Source: Candidatus Methanoperedenaceae archaeon (GTDB lineage Archaea > Halobacteriota > Methanosarcinia > Methanosarcinales > Methanoperedenaceae). Taken from it: a stretch of 64,000 nt of DNA. A program made the translations under genes and the position numbers. Below, in pieces: positions 28,748 through 39,512 of the stretch. The notes beneath the pieces were generated by a model. That model did no database searches. It worked only from the letters and a program-made list of their open reading frames with translations, and had not been told where the DNA came from. The first letter of the stretch is position 1. Each line of letters opens with the position of its first letter. The stretch is taken from positions 32,001-96,000 of the forward strand of contig CAVWCX010000002.1 in assembly GCA_963753595.1 (NCBI GenBank). The letters run 5' to 3'.

Positions 28748-29407
28748 ATGGCCCCAATGAAAAATTGTATTCTCTGTAATAATTCCGCAGTTCATCCTCT
28801 TATATTTACAAAAACGTACCAAAAAATGGGAAAACGAAGTTATTTTCGCTGCCATGAATGTGACCTGATCTTTGTGCCTGAAGAGTTCCATCTTTTGCCC
28901 AAAGATGAAGAAGCCCGGTATTTACTTCATAATAATACGCTTTCAAACGAAGGGTATGTGAACATGTTCATGGAAAAAATAAAACTTATACATCAATATT
29001 GTCCCGGCATCAGTTCGATACTTGATTACGGGTGCGGGAATGAACATATCCTGATTGACTTACTGCAACGAGAGGCATATGATTGTGATTGCTATGACCT
29101 TTATTTCCATCCCTGGTTTCCTGTACGTTCATATGACCTCGTGATCTCTACAGAAGTTTTCGAGCATTTCAGGAATGCCAGGAATGAATTGATAAAAATA
29201 CTTCCCCTTCTAAGGCCGGGAGGATTTCTTGCAATTATGACATCATTTCATGATACTGTAGAGGATTTTGAAAATTGGTGGTACCACAGCGATCCAACAC
29301 ACATTTGTTTTTTCAGCACGAAAACGTTTGATTGGATTTCAAAGCAATTTGGATTTAAGAAAATTTATTCTAACCAAAAAAACTTTATAATATTACAGTT
29401 AAAATAA
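28748..29407 (+). CDS. Class I SAM-dependent methyltransferase with N-terminal Zn ribbon
   Basis: CILC...CHEC, LDYGCG, STEVFEH, DPTHI. Confidence 0.88.
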   Translation: MAPMKNCILCNNSAVHPLIFTKTYQKMGKRSYFRCHECDLIFVPEEFHLLPKDEEARYLLHNNTLSNEGYVNMFMEKIKLIHQYCPGISSILDYGCGNEHILIDLLQREAYDCDCYDLYFHPWFPVRSYDLVISTEVFEHFRNARNELIKILPLLRPGGFLAIMTSFHDTVEDFENWWYHSDPTHICFFSTKTFDWISKQFGFKKIYSNQKNFIILQLK

Positions 29408-29468
29408 ATTCACTTAGACTATCTCTATATACTATAAAATGATTATAATTACTTATAGGAGTGATTCT

Positions 29469-29777
29469 ATGGCAGAACCAAAGAAATCTTTCATGCAAGA
29501 GTTTAATGACTTTTTGACCAAATATGGAGTTATCGGATTGGCAGTTGCATTCGTAATGGGCGCAGCGGTCACAAAGCTTGTTTCGGCGCTTGTTGCCGAT
29601 CTTATAATGCCTATTATTGGCGCCGTGATACCTGGCGGTGACTGGAGGGCTGCAACCCTATCCGTTGGAAGTATTAAGTTCATGATCGGGGATTTTGCTG
29701 GTGCGTTAATAGATTTCATTATAATTGCAATTGTAATTTTCATGATCGTAAAGTCCCTAATCAAAGAAAAAAAGTGA
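29469..29777 (+). CDS. mscL: Large-conductance mechanosensitive channel family protein
   Basis: EF..FL...VIGLAVAFVMGAA..LV..LVADLIMP. Confidence 0.9.
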   Translation: MAEPKKSFMQEFNDFLTKYGVIGLAVAFVMGAAVTKLVSALVADLIMPIIGAVIPGGDWRAATLSVGSIKFMIGDFAGALIDFIIIAIVIFMIVKSLIKEKK

Positions 29778-29787
29778 ACGAAAATAA

Positions 29788-31086
29788 TTAATTTTTTATT
29801 TTTCTCATAACGATCCCTTCCGCCACTTTGGGAAGGAAAAGCGTTGACTTCTGGGGAAAATTCTTCCCTTCAATAAATGCTTTTCTTTCAACGTCTTTTA
29901 TTGAGAACGGATTTAAAAGAAACGCAACTTTATATTCCTTTGAATCCACTCTTGTTATTGCTTCTTCAGGACTTGCATTAAAAGACACATCCTCTACAGG
30001 CTTTCCCTGGATGACAGGATTGATCAGCCATTCATGAAGAACAATAAGGTCAAGCCCTACAATTTCTTTTTTCTCTCTTGAAAGATCATGCACAGCTTTC
30101 TCATCTGCCCTGAGGATGCTGAATTTTTTGCCGTCGTACATGCCAAGTTTAATATCAAATTCACTTCTGCGTTTCCTGAGCCGTGAATAGAATTCCTCAT
30201 CGTTCGTATTGCTTTCCCAGTCGATTGAAAAATTCTCCCGTATTTTTTGTGTAAGTTCCTGTTCAATGAAATTGCGGACTGCCCTGTGCCAGGGTAAAAG
30301 TAAAAGAGCCCTGTCCCCTCCTTCCATCAGCATCATCATTGTATATTCAATGCCATCCTTTTCCCTCAGTAGATTTGAAGCTGTGTACCTGTGGTGCCCG
30401 TCAAGTATGAGAAGCTTAAGTCCTTTTGTCAACTTCTTGATCTTGCGGATCAATATTTCGTCAGTTATCTCCCACAAAAAATGACGGCTGCCATTCAGGA
30501 TGACATCAACAACAGGAGGCTTATTTGGATCAGGTACGAAATCCGGGCGCTTAAAACCCAGGTATTCCTCGAAAAGGTTGTTCAAATCATGGTCTGGCAT
30601 GCTGTATTCAGCTGCGATCGGTGAAAAATTCATCATACTTGCTTTCATCAACCTGTAGCGTTCATTTGAATTTATCTCAAAAATATTCTCATGCCCCACG
30701 ATATTTCCTTTACCGAGTTCTTCAACTTTGACCAGTGTTACAAGACCGAATACAAAATACAGGCTTTTCCTGTCCTTTTCAGGAAGAAGGGCAAGTATTT
30801 CAGGAGAAAGGGAATACATGATCCCGTAAATATAAAATGCAGGTTTTTCTTGTTGAATGAGTACCTTTGTGCTGATGAAACGATCGAGTTCTTTTTTTGC
30901 AGATTCAATGAATTCATCCCGGTCCATGTCCTTCCTTCGGGTCGTAACATGGATTATGTTGTTTTTCTCATGGGCGAATTTCTGGTAATTTGCAGCATCT
31001 ATGGTATCATAAACAGGACAAATGAGTTGATCTACCTGCATTTGCGGATTAATTACCGTGGCTTTAAAAGGTCGAATTTCTACCAT
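29788..31086 (-). CDS. DUF1015 family protein
   Basis: IRPFKA, CPVYD, HE, DGHHRY, PQKSTLFLPK. Confidence 0.85.
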   Translation of the reverse strand: MVEIRPFKATVINPQMQVDQLICPVYDTIDAANYQKFAHEKNNIIHVTTRRKDMDRDEFIESAKKELDRFISTKVLIQQEKPAFYIYGIMYSLSPEILALLPEKDRKSLYFVFGLVTLVKVEELGKGNIVGHENIFEINSNERYRLMKASMMNFSPIAAEYSMPDHDLNNLFEEYLGFKRPDFVPDPNKPPVVDVILNGSRHFLWEITDEILIRKIKKLTKGLKLLILDGHHRYTASNLLREKDGIEYTMMMLMEGGDRALLLLPWHRAVRNFIEQELTQKIRENFSIDWESNTNDEEFYSRLRKRRSEFDIKLGMYDGKKFSILRADEKAVHDLSREKKEIVGLDLIVLHEWLINPVIQGKPVEDVSFNASPEEAITRVDSKEYKVAFLLNPFSIKDVERKAFIEGKNFPQKSTLFLPKVAEGIVMRKIKN

Positions 31087-31172
31087 TGGTGAGCATCCTT
31101 TCAACATTTATTTTTTTGGCTCTCAAAGGTCAATATAGAACTTGAATGTTTCGAGACAATAATATCCGAATT

Positions 31173-31922
31173 TTAAGGCTTTACAGTTGCAGCGATCTTA
31201 CCCTGCCTGAATACCCGTATTACCCCGCCGCTTTGTGAAATTACCACTCCTATTGAATCTGTCCTCTGGGTAATGGCCGCTACTGAAGAGTGGCGCGTGC
31301 CAAGACCTTTTTGCAGTTTTACCATTCCTGTATCTAAGGTAATGTATCGCCCTGCAGCTTCAACAACCCCATCTCCTGTTATCACGAAGGCCCCATCCAA
31401 TTGTGCAAATTCTTTGATATTATCGCTTATATCCGGGTCTGTTATCAATCTTTCTTCTTTTTTATATCCCTGGAAGGGATTCATTATTAGCTGCCTGGAT
31501 TTAGCCATTACGTTTTCAGAATCCCCCAACAGGAAAGCTGTGCCAATAGAACGGCCCTCTCTTCCTTCTGTACTTATTTCAAGTGCGATTTTTATTACAG
31601 CCTCAAAGACCGTCTCCTTTACCCCTGTTCCTTTTAGCAGTTCTGTTATATCATTTTGCGGGCTTTCTTGTACCTGGGGTTTTTTGACTTGGATGAGCCC
31701 GAGCTTACTTTGAAGCAGGGCTAAGCGGTTCTGGTAATAACTTATAAGGCTCCTGATAACATTTATTTCACTAAAGTCATCGGTAATTTCAGCCGCATTC
31801 TTAAATCTTGCAATTGCCCTTATATATAATTCCCTGGCAAGCTCAAGATCTCCTCTATCCTGTGCGCTTTCAGCCCTTTTTACAATATTTCGTCCATCAT
31901 CCAAAAGAACGTTTTTGCTCAA
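31173..31922 (-). CDS. Diadenylate cyclase (DisA_N) domain protein with helical N-terminus
   Basis: EGREGR.IGT, LDGAFV, GLGTRH..A.IT, SQSGG. Confidence 0.85.
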   Translation of the reverse strand: MSKNVLLDDGRNIVKRAESAQDRGDLELARELYIRAIARFKNAAEITDDFSEINVIRSLISYYQNRLALLQSKLGLIQVKKPQVQESPQNDITELLKGTGVKETVFEAVIKIALEISTEGREGRSIGTAFLLGDSENVMAKSRQLIMNPFQGYKKEERLITDPDISDNIKEFAQLDGAFVITGDGVVEAAGRYITLDTGMVKLQKGLGTRHSSVAAITQRTDSIGVVISQSGGVIRVFRQGKIAATVKP

Positions 31923-32018
31923 TTCAAATCACTTCAATATCCATTCGATAATTTCGAGATGATAAGCGTTCTAATAATATAAGGCTAAAGGTCAAATAAA
32001 AAAATAGATTATTTTTTA

Positions 32019-32090
32019 TGGACCGGTCGGGAATTGAACCCGAGGCCTCTCCCATGCCAAGGGAGCGATCTACCCCTGAGCTACCGGCCC
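32019..32090 (-). tRNA. tRNA-Ala(GGC)
   Basis: Reverse complement GGGCCGGTAGCTCAG...CTCCC-TTGGCAT-GGGAG...GGTTCAATTCC...CCGGTCCA. Confidence 0.95.
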
Positions 32091-32216
32091 TAGAAGGTGA
32101 GTTGCATAGTGCTTAATAAATGATAAAGGTATCGATTAGGTTTGGTTTTGGTGGCTCGATATTTGTTTTACAAAGATAAGGTTTAAATTACATGGCGTAA
32201 TATGTGCGGTAGTCTC

Positions 32217-32290
32217 GGGCCCGTAGCTTAGCCAGGTGGAGCGCTCGGCTGATAACCGAGAGGTCTTGCGTTCAAATCGCAACGGGCCCA
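32217..32290 (+). tRNA. tRNA-Ile(GAT)
   Basis: GGGCCCGTAGCTTAG...CTCGG-CTGATAA-CCGAG...TTCAAAT...CGGGCCCA. Confidence 0.95.
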
Positions 32291-32451
32291 TTGTGCTTTT
32301 TAAAAAAGCGAGTAAAAAACAGTACATACCACATATTTTAGAAGATCGGATTTTGTAAATTTTTTCTTTTACAACATTACAATGAAGATTATTAGGTTCT
32401 GAACTATAATTCATAGTAAATATCGAAAACTTTAGTTGTAACCTCAATATA

Positions 32452-33072
32452 TTGGTGAATATGGAACATGATGAATATGAACTTGCATTGGATTTGATGG
32501 TGGAGCTAAGAAAGGAAATAATAGAAGCACAAAGGATTCGCGCCCAGGTCGTAGGATTTAAAATTACTTTTGTTAGTGCGAGTATCGGACTTATTTTGGC
32601 AAATTCTGATAAGGTTCCAAATAAACTGCTTATTATTCCCGCTTTAGCTGCGATTTTTTTTGATTTGCTTCTTAATAGCTATAGTTTCTCCATAAAGCGA
32701 ATAGGAAGTTACTTGAGGGAATACTTTGAACCAATCCTTAAAAAGTTTCAATTTGGCCTGAAAAATATCCTTATGGGAGGATATATATTAAATGGATGAA
32801 GTAAAGAAGATCTGTGTCTTATTGGAAATCTGGGAATAACAATCTTGGCAGTAATTCCAGCTCTGCTTGTTTTAGTAAATCCCTTTAAATTGATTTCTTC
32901 ATTACCATTAATTATTATTCTTTTTTTGTTTGTTTCTTATGATATATACGCGTCCTTTCGTACAACGAATATTCTAGTGAGAAATAAAGTAAAAATGAAG
33001 TTTAGAAGAGAAATATGCCTCAGCTTCACGATAAATAGTTCGTTGTTCTTTTTTGTCAGAAAAGGTAAATGA
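32452..33072 (+). pseudogene. AT-rich multi-TM hypothetical gene, apparently split by frameshift(s)
   Basis: Two consecutive hydrophobic ORFs (32452-32799, 32845-33072) just downstream of tRNA-Ile. Confidence 0.5.
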
Positions 33073-33428
33073 GGAATCTATATGAATGTTATCAGCATTA
33101 TATAATTCAGGTGATAAACATTCCTGTATGTCCAGTATGTAATAAATATTTTAATTTGCTCATAGCCGTAAATCATCATCTGCGTGACAATGGAGACGAA
33201 AAACATAGTGAATACTGTTCAGCAAATAATATCCCACAAAAGATATCTACCCAGGCAGAAAAAGTTTTAGAACAAAAAAGAAAACGAGCAACAGAAAAAC
33301 CAAACAAACTAACCAGAGAAATAACATCAAAAATAGCGAGAAGTAAAGAAATAAAACAAGCAAAAGCAAAGAAATTGAACCGAAGAAGGACTAACAATCA
33401 AGCAGTCAAGAAGGAGAAAAATACGTAA
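33069..33428 (+). CDS. C2H2-like zinc finger protein with basic tail
   Basis: CPVC-x9-HH-x7-H; Lys/Arg-rich C-terminus; true start may be ATT 33120. Confidence 0.6.
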   Translation: MRNLYECYQHYIIQVINIPVCPVCNKYFNLLIAVNHHLRDNGDEKHSEYCSANNIPQKISTQAEKVLEQKRKRATEKPNKLTREITSKIARSKEIKQAKAKKLNRRRTNNQAVKKEKNT

Positions 33429-33530
33429 ACGTCTGAGTGCTATCAATTTTGAAAAACTTCGAGGGCAATAAGAATAACCGAAAGAGCACAGGAGCCAGAT
33501 CAAATCATCTCCATCCGTCCCCCGGCAACT

Positions 33531-34237
<707 letters not shown>

Positions 34238-34284
34238 ATACTCTCCTAACCGTGTTTGGAATTTTATGCATCTAAATCAACTCC

Positions 34285-35607
34285 TTACAAGTATGCCTTC
34301 TCTCCATGCTGGGAAACGTCAAGTCCTTCAACTTCATGTTCATCCTTTACCCTCAGGCCCATCGTTGCATCAAGGACCTTGAGAATTATTGCGGTCACTA
34401 CAAGCGAATATACCAGTACAGCCGCGATCGCTATCATCTGCTTGACCACAAGTCCCGGGTTTCCGTAAATAAGCCCGTCTGCGCCGGCAGAGTTTACTGC
34501 AACGGAAGCAAATATTCCTGTTGCGAGAGCGCCCCAGATTCCTCCGACCCCATGGCATGCCATGACATCGAGAGAATCATCGATATTGGTCTTCCTTGAC
34601 CTCAGATGCATCGCAAAGTAGCAAAATATTCCCGCCCCTATTCCGATAATTATGGCTGGAACCACGCCTACAAAGCCCGATGCCGGTGTTATTGCTACAA
34701 GTCCCGCGACACCTCCGGTAACGATCCCGACAGCATTTGGTTTTCCTCCGTGTGTCCAGCTTACGAATGTCCATGTAAGAGCCGCCGCTGCCGCAGCTGT
34801 GTTCGTTACAATGAAAGCGCTTGCTGCAAGGCCGTTGGCGGCAAGGGCGCTTCCTGCATTGAAACCGAACCATCCGAACCACAGCAAAACACCCCCGATT
34901 ATGGTCATCGGGACGTTGTGCGGCGCCATGTTCTCGCTTCCGTATCCAAGACGTTTTCCTATGATTATCGCGGCGGCAAACGCTGAAATTCCAGCTGTGA
35001 TGTGTACGACTGTACCTCCTGCAAAGTCAAGTGCACCAAGGGTTCGTATCCATCCGCCGATCCCCCATACCCAGTGTGCCACCGGGTCATAGACAAGGGT
35101 TGCCCAGAGGACGCTGAAAACCATCATTGTGCTGAATTTCATCCTGTCAGCAAAGGATCCGGTTATTAATGCGGGTGTGATAATTGCGAACATCATCTGG
35201 AATACCATGAATACCGACGCAGGTATCGTTGCTGCATAATCAGGGTTTGGGGCTGCTCCCACACCATTAAGGCCAAGCCATTCAAGGCCCCCTATCAAAC
35301 CTCTTCCGGTATCATGACCGAATGCCAGGCTGTATCCGAAAAGCACCCACTGGATGCTTATTATTGCCAGTATTATGAAGCTTTGCATGATGATGGCAAG
35401 GACGTTCTTTTTCCGGACCATCCCGCCATAAAAAAACCCGACTGCTGGCGTCATTAACATGACAAGGGCAGCAGATACAAGTACCCATGCTGTGTCTCCC
35501 GAGTTGATCTGTGCTGTTCCTGCTTTTTCGGCAAGAGCAGGCATTGTAATTATTGAAAAGATCGCTACTGATAAAGAAGCAAATCTTGGATTTCTTATCT
35601 TGAACAT
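34285..35607 (-). CDS. amtB: Ammonium transporter
   Basis: GDTAW, FQMMFAIIT, AHWVW, DFAGGTVVH, WFGWFGFNAGS. Confidence 0.97.
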   Translation of the reverse strand: MFKIRNPRFASLSVAIFSIITMPALAEKAGTAQINSGDTAWVLVSAALVMLMTPAVGFFYGGMVRKKNVLAIIMQSFIILAIISIQWVLFGYSLAFGHDTGRGLIGGLEWLGLNGVGAAPNPDYAATIPASVFMVFQMMFAIITPALITGSFADRMKFSTMMVFSVLWATLVYDPVAHWVWGIGGWIRTLGALDFAGGTVVHITAGISAFAAAIIIGKRLGYGSENMAPHNVPMTIIGGVLLWFGWFGFNAGSALAANGLAASAFIVTNTAAAAAALTWTFVSWTHGGKPNAVGIVTGGVAGLVAITPASGFVGVVPAIIIGIGAGIFCYFAMHLRSRKTNIDDSLDVMACHGVGGIWGALATGIFASVAVNSAGADGLIYGNPGLVVKQMIAIAAVLVYSLVVTAIILKVLDATMGLRVKDEHEVEGLDVSQHGEKAYL

Positions 35608-35758
35608 TTGGCATCACCTCATTATTATATAGGCATACGGCAACTTACTGTATATTTAATAATATTTAAATATTCCTACTCAGGACGTATAAGTATATAT
35701 AGTATAAAATATTTTATGGACTAACCTTTAATAAAATGTAAGAAAAACCTGAATAATT

Positions 35759-36465
35759 ATGAGAATCCATTCACTTGAACACGAGCCTTTTGAAGGACTT
35801 GCAAATATCGAAGCATGGGCAACAAGCAAAGGTCATACGATCACAAGAACCCGAATATATAAAAACGAAGGATTCCCGGATATGGATGATTTTGACTGGT
35901 TAATGATCATGGGCGGCTCAATGAGTACCTATGAGGAAGAAAAATATCTCTGGCTTGTTCCTGAAAAGAAATTCATTGGTGAGGCGATCGAAAAGAAAAA
36001 GACAGTTGCTGGGGATTTGCCTTGGTTCCCAGCTTATTGCCGATGTTCTTGGCGGGAAAGTCAGGCCGAACATTAATAAAGAGATCGGCTGGTTCCCGGT
36101 TTTTTTGACACCGGAAAGTAAGAGCATCATCGATTTTCAAGGATTTTCCCCGGGAATTCATTCCAGTCCACTGGCATGGAGATACGTTCACTATCCCGGA
36201 TGGTGCGACATGGATCGCAAAAAGCCAGGCTTGTGCGAACCAGGCCTTTGAATATGATGATGGAAGGGTAATAGGACTTCAATTCCACCTTGAATATAAC
36301 GCTAAAAGCATTGACCTCATGTTCAGGAACTGCCTTGAGGATATCACGGAAGGGAAATATATCCAGAAACCCGATGAAATCCTGGAAAATATAAATAATG
36401 TCCAGGAAACAAATCGATTATTGAATCTTCTTCTGGACAAGATGGCAGGAAAATTTAGCGAATAA
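35759..36465 (+). pseudogene. Type 1 glutamine amidotransferase with two +1 frameshifts (~36006, ~36123; possibly errors)
   Basis: MGGSMS / LGICLGSQL / HWHGDTF...QFHLE in three frames. Confidence 0.8.
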
Positions 36466-36590
36466 TCATGGATGACATAGCATGTGTAAAATTCATGATC
36501 GTGTAAAGACTGAGGCGAAAGCTTTTATTACATCACTGCGTAAAAGCGGAAAAATAATTATTCTATAATTTAAGATCAAAGAGGATTATT

Positions 36591-36978
36591 ATGAAGTTTC
36601 AGGGAAAATCAGTACGAAAATATACAGGCGGAAGACTCATACGGCAAAGAGGTAAGAAAAAATACGAGCTTGGTGGAGAGCAGGCCAATACTCATCTGGG
36701 CGAAACCATTCGCAAAACAGTGAAAACATTGGGCGGCTCAGAAAAAAGTACGCCTCTTAAGAGCACAAACCGCAATAGTAACAGACCCATCAACAAAGAC
36801 ATCAAAGGTCGTAAAAATAGAGACTGTTACCGGAAATCCGGCAAATACACACTATGTAAGGCGAAACATTGTGACAAAAGGCTCCATAATCAAGACTGAA
36901 ATCGGAAGCGCCCGCGTCACGAACAGGCCTGGACAGGAAGGCAGCATCAACGCTGTTCTCATACCCAGTACTGCTTAA
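36591..36978 (+). CDS. rps8e: 30S ribosomal protein S8e (apparent +1 frameshift in the A run near 36745)
   Basis: MKFQGKS.RK.TGGR...KYELG, then NPAN.HYVRRNIVTKG.II.TEIG.ARVTNRPGQEG.INAVL in the next frame. Confidence 0.9.
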
Positions 36979-38062
36979 AAGTAACCCATAATTCCGGAAG
37001 ATGCTCCTGTAATATTTTGTTATTACAGCAAGCATCCATTTTTATTCTTTTTTCAAGAGCGCGGCCCAGCGGCCTGCCAAGCAATCTGTGTATTTTAGTT
37101 TCATATTCGCAAATCTGCCCGATATCATCATTTTCCAGCGCTTTTATAATCGTTTTTCCTGCTAATTCACCCGCAAGTATTGCATTATTGATGCCCGCGC
37201 CCGTTATCGGGTCAGCCATTCCTGCGCTGTCACCTGCAAGAAGAACGCTGCCAGATACAAGTTTTTCCCGAAGGCCTCCAATAGGAAGGGCGCCTGCGAT
37301 ATATTCTTTTTTATTACCAGAAAGTCGATGTGCGATTTTGGATCCGGCTATAAATGCATCAAGGTTCTCCCGCGGGGATTTTTTAGCTTTTATCATTCCC
37401 AGCCCGACTTTGGCTGAATTTTCCCCGGTCGGATAAATCCAGATATATCCGCCCGGGGCATAATCAAAATCAAAAAATATCTCACAGGTTTGCGAAATGG
37501 GCTCGATACCCTTAATGTGATACTGGGCGCATGCGGCAAATCTTTGCCCAGGTAATCCCAGTATTGAAGCTGTCTTTGAAAAAACACCATCTGTGCCAAT
37601 GATTATTCTTCCGGAGGCACTACCATTACGGAATTTCACTATACTGGGACTTACCTGGCCGATTGAATTTTCCTGGTTTGCCTGGTTTACCTGATTTTGT
37701 GGACTTATTGGACTTAATGGACTTATATTGACGAGAGGTGAATTCCACATGACCTTAGCCCCCGATTCGGTTGCTTTTGACAATAAACCCATATCGAACG
37801 AAGGTCTATCCACCACATATCCATTCAATGAAAAATCATGATACGAATTGTCAGGAAAATAGGTACGCATTTGGTTTATATTTGACTGGAGAATAGTTTC
37901 ATCAGGGACATCAAAATTTATTGTTTTACTGATATAACCGGCGCAAGGTGACCTGCACTTTTCATTTTTCTCAAGGATGAGGACATTAAAACCTGCCTGA
38001 GCTGCTGTTCTTGCAGTAACAGAGCCGGCAGGTCCTGCACCGATGACGATCAAATCATGCAT
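36959..38062 (-). CDS. FAD-dependent oxidoreductase, geranylgeranyl reductase family (LipT-like candidate)
   Basis: GAGPAG, DR..FD, APGGYIWIYP, GDSAG..DP.TG.GI. Confidence 0.88.
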   Translation of the reverse strand: MHDLIVIGAGPAGSVTARTAAQAGFNVLILEKNEKCRSPCAGYISKTINFDVPDETILQSNINQMRTYFPDNSYHDFSLNGYVVDRPSFDMGLLSKATESGAKVMWNSPLVNISPLSPISPQNQVNQANQENSIGQVSPSIVKFRNGSASGRIIIGTDGVFSKTASILGLPGQRFAACAQYHIKGIEPISQTCEIFFDFDYAPGGYIWIYPTGENSAKVGLGMIKAKKSPRENLDAFIAGSKIAHRLSGNKKEYIAGALPIGGLREKLVSGSVLLAGDSAGMADPITGAGINNAILAGELAGKTIIKALENDDIGQICEYETKIHRLLGRPLGRALEKRIKMDACCNNKILQEHLPELWVTFKQYWV

Positions 38063-38805
38063 TAGCGATAGACCCATTCATGTGAGTAATACTTTGGCAA
38101 AAGAGTGTTAGTAAGCTCCTGTTCCTTATTGCTCAGGGATCCGGATTTTAAACGTATGGAAAAGCGTTCCTCAAATTTCTGTTTCATAACATTTTTAATC
38201 TCTTCCATATCACGCTGTTCCCCGAGTTCCCTGTCAAGCCATGTAAGCCCTTCCCGTACGGATGCAATTTTTTTATCCATGAATTTCTCTTTCGGGATAT
38301 TTGATATCCGAAGCATCTCTTCTATATCAAAATCAAGAAGAAGAGTTCCATTCTGGAGCAGTTTTCCTTCCCAGCGCGTCTGGGCGTTTCCTGAGATCTT
38401 TTTGTTATCCACAACTACATCGTTTATCGGACGAAAAGCTGCATTCATCCTGTAATGTATTAGTGTATCAATGAGGACGCCGCATACCTGTTTATATGAT
38501 TCGATTATATCCATGGGGAACAGCTCATTATCGATCGTTCCCACAACACCATAATTTACCTGCCTGCAACGGTCATCTGAAAACGCAATGCCTCCACCGC
38601 TTATACGTCTTGTGATCGTATAGTCTTTGCATTGCATGAGGTTCAATTCGACTTCTGCCTTCTGGAAAAAACCAAGTATAATGGATTTTTTCGGGGTCCA
38701 GAAAAAGAAGGTATTTCCTTCATCGGATTTCAGTATTGCTTCATCCATGGCCATCATATCGCGAATATCCACAAGCCCGAAATCAATAAAACGCCATTCT
38801 TCCAT
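38062..38805 (-). CDS. lplA: Lipoate-protein ligase A family, catalytic domain
   Basis: MAMDEAIL, RRISGGG, ND....KKISGNAQ, GTLL. Confidence 0.9.
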   Translation of the reverse strand: MEEWRFIDFGLVDIRDMMAMDEAILKSDEGNTFFFWTPKKSIILGFFQKAEVELNLMQCKDYTITRRISGGGIAFSDDRCRQVNYGVVGTIDNELFPMDIIESYKQVCGVLIDTLIHYRMNAAFRPINDVVVDNKKISGNAQTRWEGKLLQNGTLLLDFDIEEMLRISNIPKEKFMDKKIASVREGLTWLDRELGEQRDMEEIKNVMKQKFEERFSIRLKSGSLSNKEQELTNTLLPKYYSHEWVYR

Positions 38806-38806
38806 A

Positions 38807-39094
38807 TTATCCCTCCAGCGCTTTCATTATGGATTCGGTAAAGTCAGCGGGTGATGTCCCAGGTGATTGGATCTTTTCCCGTATGTAAATATCTTCTATC
38901 TTATGTTCCACATCAACACGATTTGCCTTAACACCTTTAAGTTCTTCGGCGATCATGAAGAAAGACTCTTCAGGAAACAGGAAAAAATCTCCTGAGATGT
39001 TTATTTCTTTTATCCTGCCGTTCTCGGTCGTGACAAATGATCTTATGAGTCCACCTTTTGATTTATGGATTCCCTGTGGCGTTTTTATTTCCAT
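38807..39094 (-). CDS. Lipoate-protein ligase C-terminal (accessory) domain
   Basis: K..GGLIR...I.ISGDFFLFPEE. Confidence 0.85.
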   Translation of the reverse strand: MEIKTPQGIHKSKGGLIRSFVTTENGRIKEINISGDFFLFPEESFFMIAEELKGVKANRVDVEHKIEDIYIREKIQSPGTSPADFTESIMKALEG

Positions 39095-39147
39095 GGTATT
39101 TACTCCAGCTTATTCAGGAACATCCTGCTTCTATAAAAAAATATCAC

Positions 39148-39363
39148 TTACATTCGAGTTCCTTTGTTTTGCCAGGCTATTTTGTGTGAACCCATTATTC
39201 CTGTCCTGAACCTTGGACATTTATCTGCACCGCAGTTCTTGGAAAATCGTTCCACACATTCTGTGACCATTCGTATGGGCAAAGTATCTGTGTTTTCATA
39301 ACCGGCAAAGGAAGCAAATAAACCTTTACCGATAGCACAGCCTGATATGGCCCTGATTTCCAT
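39148..39363 (-). CDS. Small Cys-containing hypothetical protein
   Basis: GGGAG SD, 71 aa, four Cys. Confidence 0.5.
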   Translation of the reverse strand: MEIRAISGCAIGKGLFASFAGYENTDTLPIRMVTECVERFSKNCGADKCPRFRTGIMGSHKIAWQNKGTRM

Positions 39364-39512
39364 GATTTTCTCCCACTACAGTTCCCACTATAGTAAATAA
39401 AACAATTAATAATTATAATATATATACTTACCTGTCGTTTAAAAAATTAAGACTGTTTTCCTTAATTATTTGTGAAAGAACATTTTATATTCTAAAATAA
39501 TAAGTTAGATGC

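Noticed and set aside
32136-32447. 103-aa minus-strand ORF
   Set aside because: It spans tRNA-Ile in antisense and is spurious.
33456-33483. Xer/dif-like half-sites at islet borders (also near 1840 and 63057-63116)
   Set aside because: Only one arm resembles a TTCG..ATAA-type motif at each site; too degenerate to support without a profile search.
35610-35758. NrpR operator (GGAA-N6-TTCC) upstream of amtB
   Set aside because: No match found; only AT-rich palindromes such as AATATTTAAATATT.
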